64,000 nt of DNA from Gracilinanus agilis (GCF_016433145.1 NC_058130.1:53508793-53572792), one strand, 5' to 3'; shown: positions 1-25,587, counted from the stretch's first letter. Program-made: numbers and translations. The notes: a model not told the origin generated them from the letters alone.

Positions 1-269
1 AGTTGAAGGCTGCTCCCCCAGGAGAAAATGGAAGGGTCTTGGGTCTCTTCTCTCATAAGGATGGATCCAATCACCCTCTCCCAGTGCCTGGGCTCCCTTG
101 GGACCCAGGCCAAAACCAACAGCCTCCTAAAATGGCACCCGCAGCCTGGCTATATAGCATGTGCCTGGTGTGTGTGTGTGTGGGGGGGTGAGGTGAAGTC
201 CGAAAAGGGAAGCCAGTCTAGGCTCAAGAGCAGAAACTCAGCTTCGTCTTCCCCCTACCCTTCCAACAG

Positions 270-2757
<2,488 letters not shown>

Positions 2758-3002
2758 GGGGCTGGTCCTTCTGCCCTATCGCTTCCTGTGTAGTCACCTA
2801 GAGGGCTGGGTTGAGCTGGGCTGGGCCCAGCTCCAGGTCCCAGAGCTGAGTGAAAGGGTCAGCCTCATACCAAGCTGTCCTCCTAGGAACCTGCCTCCAG
2901 CTGGTGGGTGGGACTGACTGAGAAAGGCATGCCACATCCTTCCCCCAACCCCAATGCCAACTGAGAAGGGGCCTGTGCCCTCAGCTGAGTCCTTACGCCA
3001 AT

Positions 3003-3008
3003 AATAAA
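3003..3008 (+). terminator. CPNE9: Probable CPNE9 poly(A) signal AATAAA
   Basis: First AATAAA seen, about 245 nt after the stop codon. Confidence 0.6.
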
Positions 3009-4351
3009 GCTGAGCTTTACCCTCACATCTGTCTCAATATTCTGCTTGGTGGGCAGGGAGAAGGGTCCAACCAGGATGGCTGAACCTGGGGCTCTGGGGT
3101 TAGGCACTGCAACAAGAAATCTTAGCTGAATGATCAGAAGGCCATCCTGGGGTGGGGGAGACCATGTTTCCTTGGGAATTGGGAGATAGGGAAGGATAGA
3201 AACCATAGACAAAGGGACAAAACCAAGGACAAAAAATATAGACCTTATTCTGAAAACCGTAAAGATCCCAGGCTGCTCTGGGGGAAGAGAAGTCAGTTTT
3301 TCTCTATACCTGGCATCTAAGACAGGATATTTCCTCTTCTAGCAAACTCCAGATGGGTACCCAAATCTGCACCCCATTAGCTCTGGGATCAGTTCTGCCC
3401 CTCCATCTTCATTCCATTTCTTTTTGCCTTCTAAGGCTCAGCTGCCCAAATAGAGGAGGCTTTTTATGAATAGAAACCCCCCCTGAGAAGGTCCTAAGAA
3501 ATGAGATGTGTATGTTTGGTGGGGGATGGAGGCAGGACAGGGATGGATAAGAAGGTTAGAAAGGGGGGTGGAGAGGGCTGGGACTGGTCCTAACCACATC
3601 CCAAACAGAACTGGTGATCAGAACGGTTCTGGGCCATCTCAAAGCACAGGTTACTTCTGACTATGAACCTAACTCTGCCCAGGTGAAATGAGGTTAAAAT
3701 GAACTTTGTGGGTGGCCCAGATGGGAAAATAAGAGTGTCCTATGGGCTGACTCCAAGGCCCTGATGCTCCAGGGGTTCATTTTCTACAAAGCTCAACCCC
3801 TATCTGATATCAGGGATGCAAACTGCTTCTCCAAGTAAAGCCTTGCAAAGGCTTCTTCCTCCCATCCCTAAAGCAGTATTTGCATAAATCCTGGGTCTGG
3901 GGAACCGTCCTTTCCCATCCCAGCTTCCCAAGCACAGTAGAGCTAGAAGATGGTTGCTCCAATTACAAGTCACAGAGAGCTTTCCCCCCTCCTCTTCCTT
4001 CCCTATTCACTTAATAACAAGCATTTATTAACCCGAGTAATGGGGACATGAAACCTAAATGAACAACAAACAGTCCCTGCCCTCAAGAAGCTCCCATTCT
4101 TCTGGGGCTATAGATGAATACAGAGAAATAAACATAAGGTATTATAAGGAAGAAAAGAACACTAAGGAAGGTCCTTGGTAGGGAGTAACATCTGAGATGA
4201 ATGAGCCATGAAGGGAGTTCAGGATCCTAAGAAAAAGAGAGTGAATTCCAGGTCATGAGGGAGAGCCAAGAGAAAGAAAGCAGAATTCTGGATGCAGAAT
4301 GTATAAAAGGAAGTTTTGTGAAAGGTCTGGAAGTTTAGGATGGAGCCATAT

Positions 4352-4548
4352 TTTGAAAAAATAGACTCTTACTTCTTAGGATCGATACTGTATGTTGGTT
4401 CCAAGGCAGAAAGGTGGTAAGGGCTAGGCAATGAGGGTTGTGACTTGCCCGAGATCACACAGTTAGGAAGTATCTGTGGCCAAATTTGGACCCAGGACCT
4501 CCCATTTTCAACCCTGGCTCTCTAGCCACTGAGTCATCTTGCTGTCCC
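4352..4548 (-). mobile_element. tRNA-derived marsupial SINE (SINE1_Mdo-like)
   Basis: Shares the ttggttccaaggcaga...gggctaggcaatg...tgacttgccc...gtcacacag block with several other copies in the window; approximate ends. Confidence 0.7.
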
Positions 4549-4922
4549 AGGATGGAGTCATACTGTGAAGGCCTAAATGGTGAACAAGAGTGTAGAGTTT
4601 ATCCCATAAGTTAGAGGGAGACACAGAAGATTCTTGAGCAGGTAATTGGTATGGTAGGACCTATGCTTTAAGAAAATTACTTTGGTAGAAGTATGGAGGG
4701 TAAACTGGAGGAAGGAAAAGGTTGAAAACAGGAAGACCAATTGGAAAGTGAGAAAGGTGTGAACTAGAGTGATGATTATCTGAGTCAAAAGATGGGGGAA
4801 AGCGGATAAACAGTCTTAATCAACTAGAGGGGGTAAGGGAGAATGAAATATAGACGCTTTTAACAGAAATAAGAAAGTATGGAAGAGAGAAAGGGTTTAA
4901 GAGGGGAGATTAAATTCAATTT

Positions 4923-5117
4923 TGTTTTTTAAACCCTTGCCTTCCATCTTAGAATTAATACTGTGTATTGGTTCCAAGGTAGAAAGGTAGTAAGGGCTAG
5001 GCAATGGGGGTTAAGTGCCCAGGGTCACACAGTTAGGAAGTGTCTGAGGCCAGATTTGAACCCAGAACCTCCATCTCTAGCCCTGGTTCTCAACCCACTG
5101 AGCCACCCAGCTATCCC
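4923..5117 (-). mobile_element. tRNA-derived marsupial SINE (SINE1_Mdo-like)
   Basis: Poly-T tail, body and reverse-complement tRNA head (gatttgaacccag = B-box). Confidence 0.75.
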
Positions 5118-5157
5118 TAAATTCAGTTTTGAACATACCAAATGGTTTTCTGGAAGC

Positions 5158-5340
5158 ATAATAATAATAATAACAACAACAATAACAATAACAATAATAA
5201 TAGCACTTTAAGCATTTACATGTATATCTCATTTAATCCTCACAACAACCCTGTGAGGCAGGTGCTATTTTTATCCCCATTTTACAGATGAAGAAACTGA
5301 AGCAGACTGAGGATGATTTGACCAGTCACACAGCTAGTAA
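5158..5340 (-). mobile_element. (ATA/ACA)n microsatellite followed by a MIR/CORE-SINE fragment
   Basis: ataataataataacaacaac then the core motif ccccattttacagatgaagaaactga. Confidence 0.65.
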
Positions 5341-7424
5341 GTGACTAAGGAGGGATTTAAATTCCTTTCTTCTAAAAGCTCAATCTGATGCTTTCTCCAG
5401 AAGGCCAGCTAGCAAGCCACCCCACCCTCCATTTGGTAAAATCTAGTGACACCCCCCCCCATCAAATATCAAGTCCTCTGCTGAGCCTTCAAAGCCCTCC
5501 CTAACTTGGCCCCTTCCTACTTTCCAGTCTTCTTGCCTTTGATCCTCCTCCACCCACGCGATGATCCCAGGACAGAGCCTCCCATCTCTGGGCCAGTGTG
5601 GAATGCTCCTCCTCTCCTCTGCCTCTAACTTTCCACGGCTTCCTTGGAGACAGCTCAGATTCCACCTTCTGCCCCAGACTTCCCCCATCCCCAGCAGCTA
5701 ACCCCTTCCTCCTTCGGATTACCATCTATTCAGCAAAGATATTTAAGCACCTCATTATTTACTTTTGGGTTCCCACTTTAGACTGGAAGCTCCTTGAGGG
5801 CAGAAACTGGTTTTGCCCCCTTTTTTTTGCATCCCGAGGGCTTAGTGCAGTACTTGACATATAGTAAATGCTTAATAAATCGTTGTTGGTGGTAATAATG
5901 GCTCTCACATAGCCCTCTAAGGTTTGCAAAGTATTTTGCATCCATCTCATTTTATCCTCACAACAACCCTGGGAAATAGGTGATTGGTGCTATGATTATT
6001 CTCATTTTACAGATAAGGAAACTGAGGCTGTGACCTGCCCAAGATCACACTGCTAGTAAATGTCCTGGGTCCTATCTGAGATCAGATCTTGTTGACATCA
6101 GGTCCAGTTCTCTAGTCACTGAGTAACTAGTTCAGTGTGGACTGAATAGATGCTTAATAGACATCCAAATGGAGCTGTCCAGCAGGCAGCTGAAGAAACC
6201 TCAATCCTGTGGCAAAACTCGACGTTCAGCTTCCGGGCCTGCTCCGCCCCCTCCCCCGTCCTTTTTTTTTGCTCCTGAAGTTGTAAATTCAAACAGCAAC
6301 TTCAATGGGCCGAATTCCGAGAGACCCCACGACCCCCAGGCTGGCCTCCTGCCAATGCTCATCTTCAGAAGTTCTATTCAGCCCTGGGAGGCAGGACTGC
6401 AATCTTCCCGCTGCCGGGAAGGAAGCATCGTCCTTGAGACTGTATCGCACACTCTAGCTACTGTATTCTGTCTCCAAGACTCGTCCATCTCCCTCCCTCC
6501 AGCCCAAGAGGAAGCTGTCATTGGGGAAGCCTTTCCCAACGTCCCACGCCACCAAAATGGGCTCCCAGGCTTCGAGCCTCCCCCTCCTCCTTTGTTCGAA
6601 GGCAGCTCTGGTTCCAGCTAGTCTAGTCCCTCTTTTCCCTGCTCCCTGGTCTCCTGCTTTACCACCCTCTTCTCCCTCCCAACTAGTCAAGCCGCATTTA
6701 GGAAGCGCCTCCAATGTGCCAGGGACCGTGTTAAGTGCTGGGGAGCCAACAGAAAGGCAAAGCCAGTGCCTGGCCGCTAGGAGCGCACTGCCTAACGGGA
6801 CTGACAACCTGCAAACCACTGTGGAAAACTAGCTACAGCCGGGGGAAATGAAGAGTGACCTCGTGTGCCTCTTTCGTGCTGCTGAATCGCTAATGAAGGC
6901 TTAGCCCTGCGAGCTACTAGATGACAAACACTCCTGCCTCCTCGCTTCCTTCCTACCCGGAGCTTCCCGGGAATTAAGATAGGTTCCTGATGTCTTGGGC
7001 GTTCCATCACCCACATGCCTCACTCGCTCCCCATCCAGATTTTCTCAGCTCTACATCAGTGAGGAACTTTCTTTTCCGCTCCTGGGCACGGTGGGCGAGA
7101 CACCCACTTGTAATTCGAAGGACCTGGATTCAAATTCTAACCAGACTGCCAAATCGCTCTTCTGTAGACCTGGGTTTCCTTTTCTATAAAAGGCAAATGT
7201 TAGACTCCAGAGTCCCTTAAGTCCCTCCAGCTCTACACTCTTTTGACCGTGGACAAGTCACATTACCTTCTTGGGCCTCAGTTTCCTCCTCTGTAAACTC
7301 AATGGCCTAAAAGGCACCCTGAAGCTCGAGGTCCGAGGCCCCATGTATGCCTACTGAATATCCCCAATTCAGCGCTTGGCACGAGTGGGCACCTCCAAGA
7401 AGAAGCGATTTAGGATGGAAGAGA

Positions 7425-7506
7425 TGGCCGAGGTGGGATTCGAACCCAAGCCGCCGCCACTGCTATCAGCTCGGAGGTCAGCTCGCTGTCCCTGCTCCAC
7501 GTGGGA
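7425..7506 (-). other. tRNA-like element (A-box-like and perfect B-box), not a functional tRNA
   Basis: Minus strand TGGAGCAGGGACAGC...GGTTCGAATCCCACCTCGGCCA; T-arm present but the acceptor stem does not pair. Confidence 0.5.
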
Positions 7507-8760
7507 GGCGGCTTCAGCGCCAGCCCAGGCTAGGCCCCGCCCCCTAGACTAAGCCCCGCCCCTCTCCTCGGCGCTCCCTCCGGACTCCCGGCTCCGCCCC
7601 GCCCGGCCCGCCCGGACCGGGGGGAGGGCGCCAGCACTTGGCCCTGCTTCGGCCCAGCGGGGAGGGCGGGCAGGCAGGCAGGCAGGCTGGGAGGGAGGGA
7701 AGTTCTCCGGGTCTCGCGCTCCGCATTCGCGTCAGCAGATTCGCTGCAAACGGCCCGAGGCACCCACCCCACCCCCTCCCCCGCCCCAGCGGAGCGGCCC
7801 CATCTCCGCCCCCCGCCCCACCCCCGCGGTGGCGCTGGGAGCGGGCGGCGGCCGGGGCTCCGGAGGGCTAGGCCTGGCCCCACGTGGAGGGGACAGGGCT
7901 GTCGGAAGAGCCGTGTCGAAAGTGCGGCTCGGCGCGGCCGCAGCCTCGCGTTTACCCTGTGCTGCTGCTGCTGCCGCCGCTGCCGCCGCCGCTGCCGCCG
8001 CCGCTGCCCCGAATCCCTGCCGCCGCCGCCGCCTCCTTCTCCGCCGCACCACCCCTCCCCGCCTTCTTCTCCACCACTCCATCCTCCTTTCCCCTTTTTC
8101 TTTCCTCTCCTCTCCTCTCCTCTCCAGCTCCCTCTCCTCTGCTCCCTCCCTCCCCCTCCCAGGAGCCTCTATTGTTCCGCCGCCGGCGGCGCGGCCCGAG
8201 CCCAGCCCGGCCTGCCGGGAGGCAGCGAGCAGCCTCAGGACGAGCGGGGCCGGGGCGGCCGGGTGCCCGGCCGGGCCCGGCGGAGGCTGCTGCGCGCCCC
8301 CGGCGGCCTGCCTCGTCCTGCCGCCTCCCCCGGCCCGGGGGCCCCGCCCGGACGCCGGCTATGAGCCCGCACTGGCGGCGGCCGGTGAGTACGAGCCCGC
8401 CCGAAGAGGGACGCCCGGGGGGGGAGGCGGCGGGGGCCGGGCACTGCCCGCGGGCCGTTTCCACGCCAACCGCCTGGCCCTTTAAGAGGGCCCCCCCTCC
8501 GATTGCTGGGGACCCCCCTCCTCCGGGTCCGATTGTTTGGGCCCCCCGTTCCGGTTGTCTAGTCCCCCTCTACCCCCCTCAGACCTTCCGTGACCCGGGC
8601 TGCGGCGCTGGGAGAGCGCCGAGAGCGCAGTCCAGGCTTGGCCGGTCGGGATGCCCCTGCTACAAAGTATCCTTCGGGGGCGTGAGCCAATGGCAGCTGG
8701 GAATTGTTGTTGTTTAACTTGTTACTCTTGAATCTAGGGGAAACTGCGGGCGGTTTCCGG
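7500..8760 (+). promoter_or_regulatory. BRPF1: BRPF1 CpG-island promoter and non-coding exon 1 (donor after 8384)
   Basis: Very CpG-dense with multiple GGGCGG boxes; CCG|GTGAGT donor at 8385; TSS not determinable. Confidence 0.8.
7960..8035 (+). repeat. (GCT)/(GCC)n trinucleotide tract in the BRPF1 5' leader
   Basis: tgctgctgctgctgccgccgctgccgccgccgctgccgccgccgctgcc, then a further (GCC)n run. Confidence 0.85.
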
Positions 8761-10335
8761 GATGGGGGCTGGGGAGCGGGGAGCGCCCGGCTCGGCCACC
8801 CCCGGGGCCTTGGGGGGGTCCAATAAGCGGATCCCTCTGCCGTAGAGACTCGGGCTGTGCCCCATCCTGCTTGTTTCTGGCCCGGGAAGGGCTTTGTGAG
8901 GGGCAGCTGTCACACTCTCAGGCCCCCATTCATTCTTCAGCCTTTCAAATCTATTAATTTGCTTTTTGTTGTTTTTTTCCCACCAACACACCCGCCTCAC
9001 CATCACCGCCACTGCCCCCCTCTCCCTCAATCCAGCCGTAAGTGGGGCCCAGTGTGACAGCGGCAGGAGCAGAGAACAGGCTGGCCCAGCCAGAGCAGAG
9101 GCGGGAAAGCTGCGGGGAGGAGAACAGCCTATTGTAGAAAGGGTAAGGGCTGGGCTCCGGTCTGGGGCCGCGGGCTGGGCTTTCCCTGGTTTTTTTCTTC
9201 AAAAGCGAAAGGCCTGGAAGTCAATGTAACTTCTCAGAGTTCAGTGTACGGCCTCGCTCTGCAGAGGTCAGGATGTTGTTGCTTTAGGAGAGGTCAGTGA
9301 ACTTTTAAATGTGTTGTTTTCAGATGTTGGTAACTCTCAGAGTATACTTGGTTTCCATTGTTAGCCCCTGCACTTGTGTTTTATACATTTGAAAGAAGGG
9401 GGCCAGACCTGAAGAAGGTTAGGAGGCCTTATAGACACCGGGTTGGAGGGTGACAACCCTGTTCCCCGAGGCTGGGCCAAATCCAAGCCCAGGAGGTGAA
9501 TCTTCCTTCCCCCAGCCCAGGACCCCCTCACTGTCTGGTGTGGCTTCCCCCATCGTTGGGGCCTGGGAAGAGGGGAGGAGCCTGCACGGTCCCTGGGCCC
9601 AGGCCCCAAGGACCCAGAACCCAGATGTCTCTGAGGCCCCAACGCAGTTGTTTTCTGTGGCAACAATCTCCATAGAGACCAAGAGGTTAAAAGAGCTCAA
9701 ACATAATACAAACCACTTTGTTCACCTTAAGTCAAAACCCAGTATTTGCTGGCTGAAAAGTTCTGTTCTTGGCACTGTGATCTATTCGAAAATCTAGTGC
9801 CTGGGTTCAGGCACCGGTTCTGTGCTTGTGGGCCAGCAGTTAGAGCACAGAGCCTAGAACAGGAAGATCAGTACAAATCGTGCCTCAGACACGGCTGACC
9901 TACGTGACCCTGGGCAAACCACCAAACCCCTATTTGCCTCAGTTCCTCATCTATAAAATGGGGACACACCAGAGAAGGCAATGGAAAAAGTAGTTTTGCT
10001 GAGGGTCAGACAGGACCAAACAACAATAACAGCTGTCCGTTGTTGATTCCAGCTGGAGATGGCCATTCCGGCCCTGCTGCTCACTCTCAGCAGCTCTAGG
10101 CCAGCCTCAGTTTCTCTGTCTGAAAAACAGGCATGCTGATCCCTGATCTGTATCTATAGGAAGGCGAGAATTACTTAATGGATTATGGGATGGGACAACC
10201 AGGTGGCTTTAATGGATTGAGAGCCAGGGCTGGAGAAGGGGGGTTCTGGATTCAAATGTGGCCTCTGGTGGGCTCAGGGGGAGGCTGGGTAGATTAACTG
10301 GGGCGCCTGCCCTGAGCTCTCCTCCCTCCCTCTGA

Positions 10336-21884
<11,549 letters not shown>

Positions 21885-22479
21885 TGCTGCCTGGCCAGTG
21901 GAGCTCCCCTTCCTTCCTGGTGTCAGGAGGGAACCCATCAGCCTCTGCACTGACTCATTCCTGGTCTTGGGGCCAGTCTCAGGGGAAGCCGGGCGGGGGT
22001 GGCCCCGCCTAAGTGCAGCTGGACTGTACAGGACACTCCAGGGTCCGAAGTGGCCTCTGGCCAGAGGAATCTCCTTCAGCCCCAGAGGAGCCCAGAGCAC
22101 GCCCTCACTGTACGAGAGGGAGCGGACCTTGGCTGGACCCTGAGAGGAGGGCTGGCTCCCCCGTGTCACCCACCCCACCTCGGCGGGCCCTGAGGGAAGC
22201 GCGCCCGAGTCTGCCCAAGTCCCGCCCTGAAAGGGTGGGGAGGGCGGAGGCGAAGGGGGGGAGGCGCCCAGTGACCCTCTGCTGGTGTACATACTGTAAA
22301 TGAGCGGAGAATTTAAATTATTCTCATTTGTAACTGCGTTTCCGGGTCACGCCAGAGTCCTTGGGCACCAAGAAGCCTGGGGCTTGTCCCCAACCCCGTC
22401 CCCGCCTCTCCCACGGGTCCCCGCCCTTCAAATTGGTTTGTATTTATTTCCGAGGAAGAAAATATATTGATTCTTAGAA

Positions 22480-22485
22480 AATAAA
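22480..22485 (+). terminator. BRPF1: Probable BRPF1 poly(A) signal AATAAA
   Basis: About 600 nt after the stop codon, preceded by AT-rich 3' UTR motifs. Confidence 0.7.
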
Positions 22486-22499
22486 CGGTCTATTTGGAA

Positions 22500-23186
22500 T
22501 CCCGCCTCCTGGGGAAGGGAAAGGGCCAAGAAAAGCACGATCAGGTCTGAAAGCGCACGCTAGAGAGGCAGCGGAAGCGAGGAGCCGAAAGAAGAAGGGG
22601 GAAGGGGTTCCGGCTAGAGCCCGCCGACCGCGAGATCACGGCCTAGCTTCCGAGTTCATAGTTCCTCATTGGATCCCTCTCTATGCTATCTGTTCCGGAT
22701 AGGCTGTTGTCCTTTTCCTATGGGGACTCTGGTGCACTCTACTTCCGGGGGTGCGGCAAATCTCAGATTACAGTAATATCGCGTGATCAAAATGCATCAC
22801 GCACTTTTGCAGCGACTTCCGATTTTGCGCCGCAAACCAGGCCCCAATGTAGTAAAGCAAGATAGTAGAGGGATGTGGCCTGGAGGGGGCAGAGCCTACA
22901 TGCAATGGGGAATGGGCGTGGCTTTGGTAGGAAAGGATGTCAGCGAATCCTAGACGTGGAAAAGGCTCCCTGGTCAGCAATAGGCGGGACTCTGGGTGAG
23001 GAGAATATACGATAGGCGGGGCCTCGGCCCAGTGAAATTCTGAAGGGGGTGTGGAGCTTAGAAGGATTCCTTCCTGAGACTGGGCTGGGCTGGGCTAGGC
23101 TAGGCGCACTAGGTCCTTAAAGAGCCGGTGCTATCGTTCTCTGATTAAGGTGTTGTGTGGCGCAGCTCCACCGGGCTCTGGGCGCG
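22500..23186 (+). promoter_or_regulatory. OGG1: OGG1 promoter and 5' leader (CpG-rich)
   Basis: ETS-type ACTTCCGG at 22741, GC boxes, CCAAT-type motifs; directly follows the BRPF1 3' end. Confidence 0.6.
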
Positions 23187-23293
23187 ATGCAGCATCGCAC
23201 CCTCACCTCGGTCCCCAGCCTCTGGGCCTCCATCCCCTGCCCGCGCTCCGAGCTGGACCTGGACCTGGTGCTGTCCTCGGGCCAGTCCTTCAG
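23187..23293 (+). CDS. OGG1: OGG1 exon 1
   Basis: [36 protein letters not shown]; AG|GTGAGC. Confidence 0.9.
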
Positions 23294-25324
23294 GTGAGCG
23301 AGGGCTGCTGGGCTCCTTCGCTGCCCCACGTGCCCCGGTGTGTCCTGAAGCCCCAAAGGCGGGCGGGAGGGAGCCGACCCCTATCCCCCCCCCCTTCCTC
23401 GGGACCCAGCGGAGCAACTCTGTCCTCCTTGGGTCTCAGGTGGAGAGAGCACAGTCCTAGGCACTGGACTGGGGTCCTGGACAGCCGGCTGTGGACCCTG
23501 ACCCAGGCGGACGGTCGGCTGCACTACACCATATACGGGGAGGAGGCCGGACCCGGGGCTCAGCAGACCTTGTGCCGGTTCTTCCAGCTCCACATCCGCC
23601 TGGCAGACCTGTACCAGCAGTGGGCCTCCGCTGACCCCCACTTCCGAGAAGTGGCCTCGAGATTCCCGGGTAAGCAGGGGCGCCTGGAGACGGCCTCAGC
23701 CTGGTCAGGGCTGAGGCCAACCCTCCTTTCTGCCTTCCCCGCAGGAATCCGGCTGCTCAGACAAGACCCCGTGGAATGTCTCTTCTCCTTCATCTGCTCC
23801 TCCAACAACCACATCTCGCGCATCACCGGCATGGTGCAGCGGCTGTGCCAGCACCTGGGGCCTCCACTGGGCCAGCTGGACGGCATCTCCTATCATGGCT
23901 TCCCCAGCTTGCAGGCTCTAGCCAGTGAGCCAGGCCGCCCTGCCCGGTGCCCCCAGCCACGGTCAGGCTGACCATCTTATTATGCAGGGGAAAGAGTGCC
24001 AAGTTCGAGCCCGCCCCTTCCTGGCTGCCTGACCTTAGACAAGCCATTCCAGCTTCTCCCTGGCCCCCTCATTTCTAAGGAAGGAGCAGAGTTCAGTGAT
24101 CTCTGGGTGGCGCTCTGCCCTTCCAGGAAGCCTTCCCAGACTGGCCCCAGGCCTCTACTGTTAAGGGACCAATTGACACTTTTTATCATCTTTCGGGTAG
24201 GACTGGGGCCTGTTCCCCAGTAACTTCCCTCCAGGCCCCAGGTGGGAGGCACAATAGAGGTGATGAGCGTATTCCCCAATGGGACAGAAGTAAGAAAGAG
24301 CCCAAAACTTCGAGTGGGGAGCTCATGGTGTCGCCCAACTCTCCCTGCAGAAGCAGAGGTGGAGCCCCAACTTCGGGAGCTGGGTTTTGGGTACCGTGCC
24401 CGCTTTGTGAGTGAGAGTGCCCGTGCCATCCTGAAAGAACAGGGGGGAGCCAGCTGGCTGCAGCAGCTCCGAGCAGCATCCTACGAAGAAGCCCAGCGGG
24501 ACCTTTGCTCCCTGCCTGGGGTTGGAGTAAAGGTAAGGCCTAGAAGGATGGCCAGTGCCCATGGCCTGCCCTATTGCCCTGCACACAACACACACTCTCT
24601 GGGTTTCGATGGGCATTGCTAGACTATGGAGCCGCTTAGGGGGGAATGGAGTTTGGAGGTATGATGGATTTGGGGTGAGCTAGAGAGCCATAAGGGCTAG
24701 CCTGGGTCCTGAACTGCTGTGTTGAAGGTGGCCGACTGTGTGTGTCTCATGGCCTTGGACAAGCCTCAGGCCGTGCCTGTGGACGTCCATGTCTGGCACA
24801 TCGCCCGCCGGGACTATGGCTGGCAGCCTGCTTCCAAGAGCCAGAGGAGCCTGAGCCAGAAGGCCAGCAAGGAGCTGGGTGAGCAGCTTTGGGGCTGGGG
24901 TCCTTGAGGGGACAAGAAGGGGAAGCACCCTCGGGGGCAGATTCAGCAGTGTTCCTTCTACTGCAGGAGACTTCTTCCGGAGCCTGTGGGGACCCTATGC
25001 TGGCTGGACTCAAGCGGTTAGTGCCTTTTCCCCCTAGAATTCTCCTCCCCCATTAAATACCCACCCCTACACCCACACTCTCTCTCCATTCTTCCTCCAG
25101 CCCCTCCAACACTGAGCCCACTGGACTTGCCCTTCTCCAGGAAGACTTTTCCACTCAGACAACCCCCTTCCTTTCCCCAGGTGCTGTTCTGTGCAGACCT
25201 GAGACAGATCCCCAAACCACAGATTCTCCCCACAAAGTCCAAGCCTGGAAAACGCCAGAGGAGAGCCTCAGGGGAGAGGAGAGGCCCAGCATCAGGACCA
25301 GAGGATGCTGGAGACCCAGGATGA
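23187..25324 (+). CDS. OGG1: 8-oxoguanine DNA glycosylase 1 (alpha-type C-terminus), 347 aa, 7 exons
   Basis: join(23187..23293,23440..23669,23745..23924,24351..24532,24728..24878,24967..25016,25181..25324) = 1044 nt. HhH LPGVGVK with the catalytic Lys, GPD-type AVPVDVH with the catalytic Asp, SSNNHISRI, basic C-terminal NLS-like KPGKRQRR. Confidence 0.95.
23440..23669 (+). CDS. OGG1: OGG1 exon 2
   Basis: [13 protein letters not shown]...EVASRFP. Confidence 0.93.
23745..23924 (+). CDS. OGG1: OGG1 exon 3
   Basis: [27 protein letters not shown]...QALA. Confidence 0.94.
24351..24532 (+). CDS. OGG1: OGG1 exon 4
   Basis: [16 protein letters not shown]...LPGVGVK. Confidence 0.94.
24728..24878 (+). 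CDS. OGG1: OGG1 exon 5
   Basis: [23 protein letters not shown]...KEL; weak AAG acceptor. Confidence 0.93.
24967..25016 (+). CDS. OGG1: OGG1 exon 6
   Basis: [17 protein letters not shown], 50 nt. Confidence 0.93.
25181..25324 (+). CDS. OGG1: OGG1 exon 7 (last)
   Basis: VLFCADLRQ...DAGDPG*. Confidence 0.9.
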   Translation: MLFCADLRQIPKPQILPTKSKPGKRQRRASGERRGPASGPEDAGDPG

Positions 25325-25569
25325 TGGGAGCTGCCTCACTCTTCATGGCACCAGGGACAGATTCCTTTCCTCCCCTCTCCCCTACCCCACCTGGCCTTGG
25401 GTTTGGGGATTCCGTGGCTCAGGGTTACCTGATTCTCAGCATCTACCTCAAGGAGACTTTCCATCTCCATGTCAGACTGTCAGTCATGCACTGTTGGGGA
25501 AAGGAAGGGATTGGGAAGTGTGTGCCACGCCAGAGGGATGAAGCACTTCAATGGTTTTAACCCCTTCCC

Positions 25570-25575
25570 TTTAAT
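25570..25575 (-). terminator. CAMK1: Probable CAMK1 poly(A) signal ATTAAA
   Basis: tttaat on the + strand, about 530 nt past the CAMK1 stop codon. Confidence 0.55.
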
Positions 25576-25587
25576 ACAAGAAAGAAC

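Noticed and set aside
7732-8717. Multiple long Ala/Pro/Arg-rich ORFs on both strands
   Set aside because: Expected in a CpG island with GCC repeats; none is in frame with BRPF1 after splicing
22781-22802. 7-bp inverted repeat GCGTGAT/ATCACGC in the OGG1 promoter
   Set aside because: Too short to exceed chance
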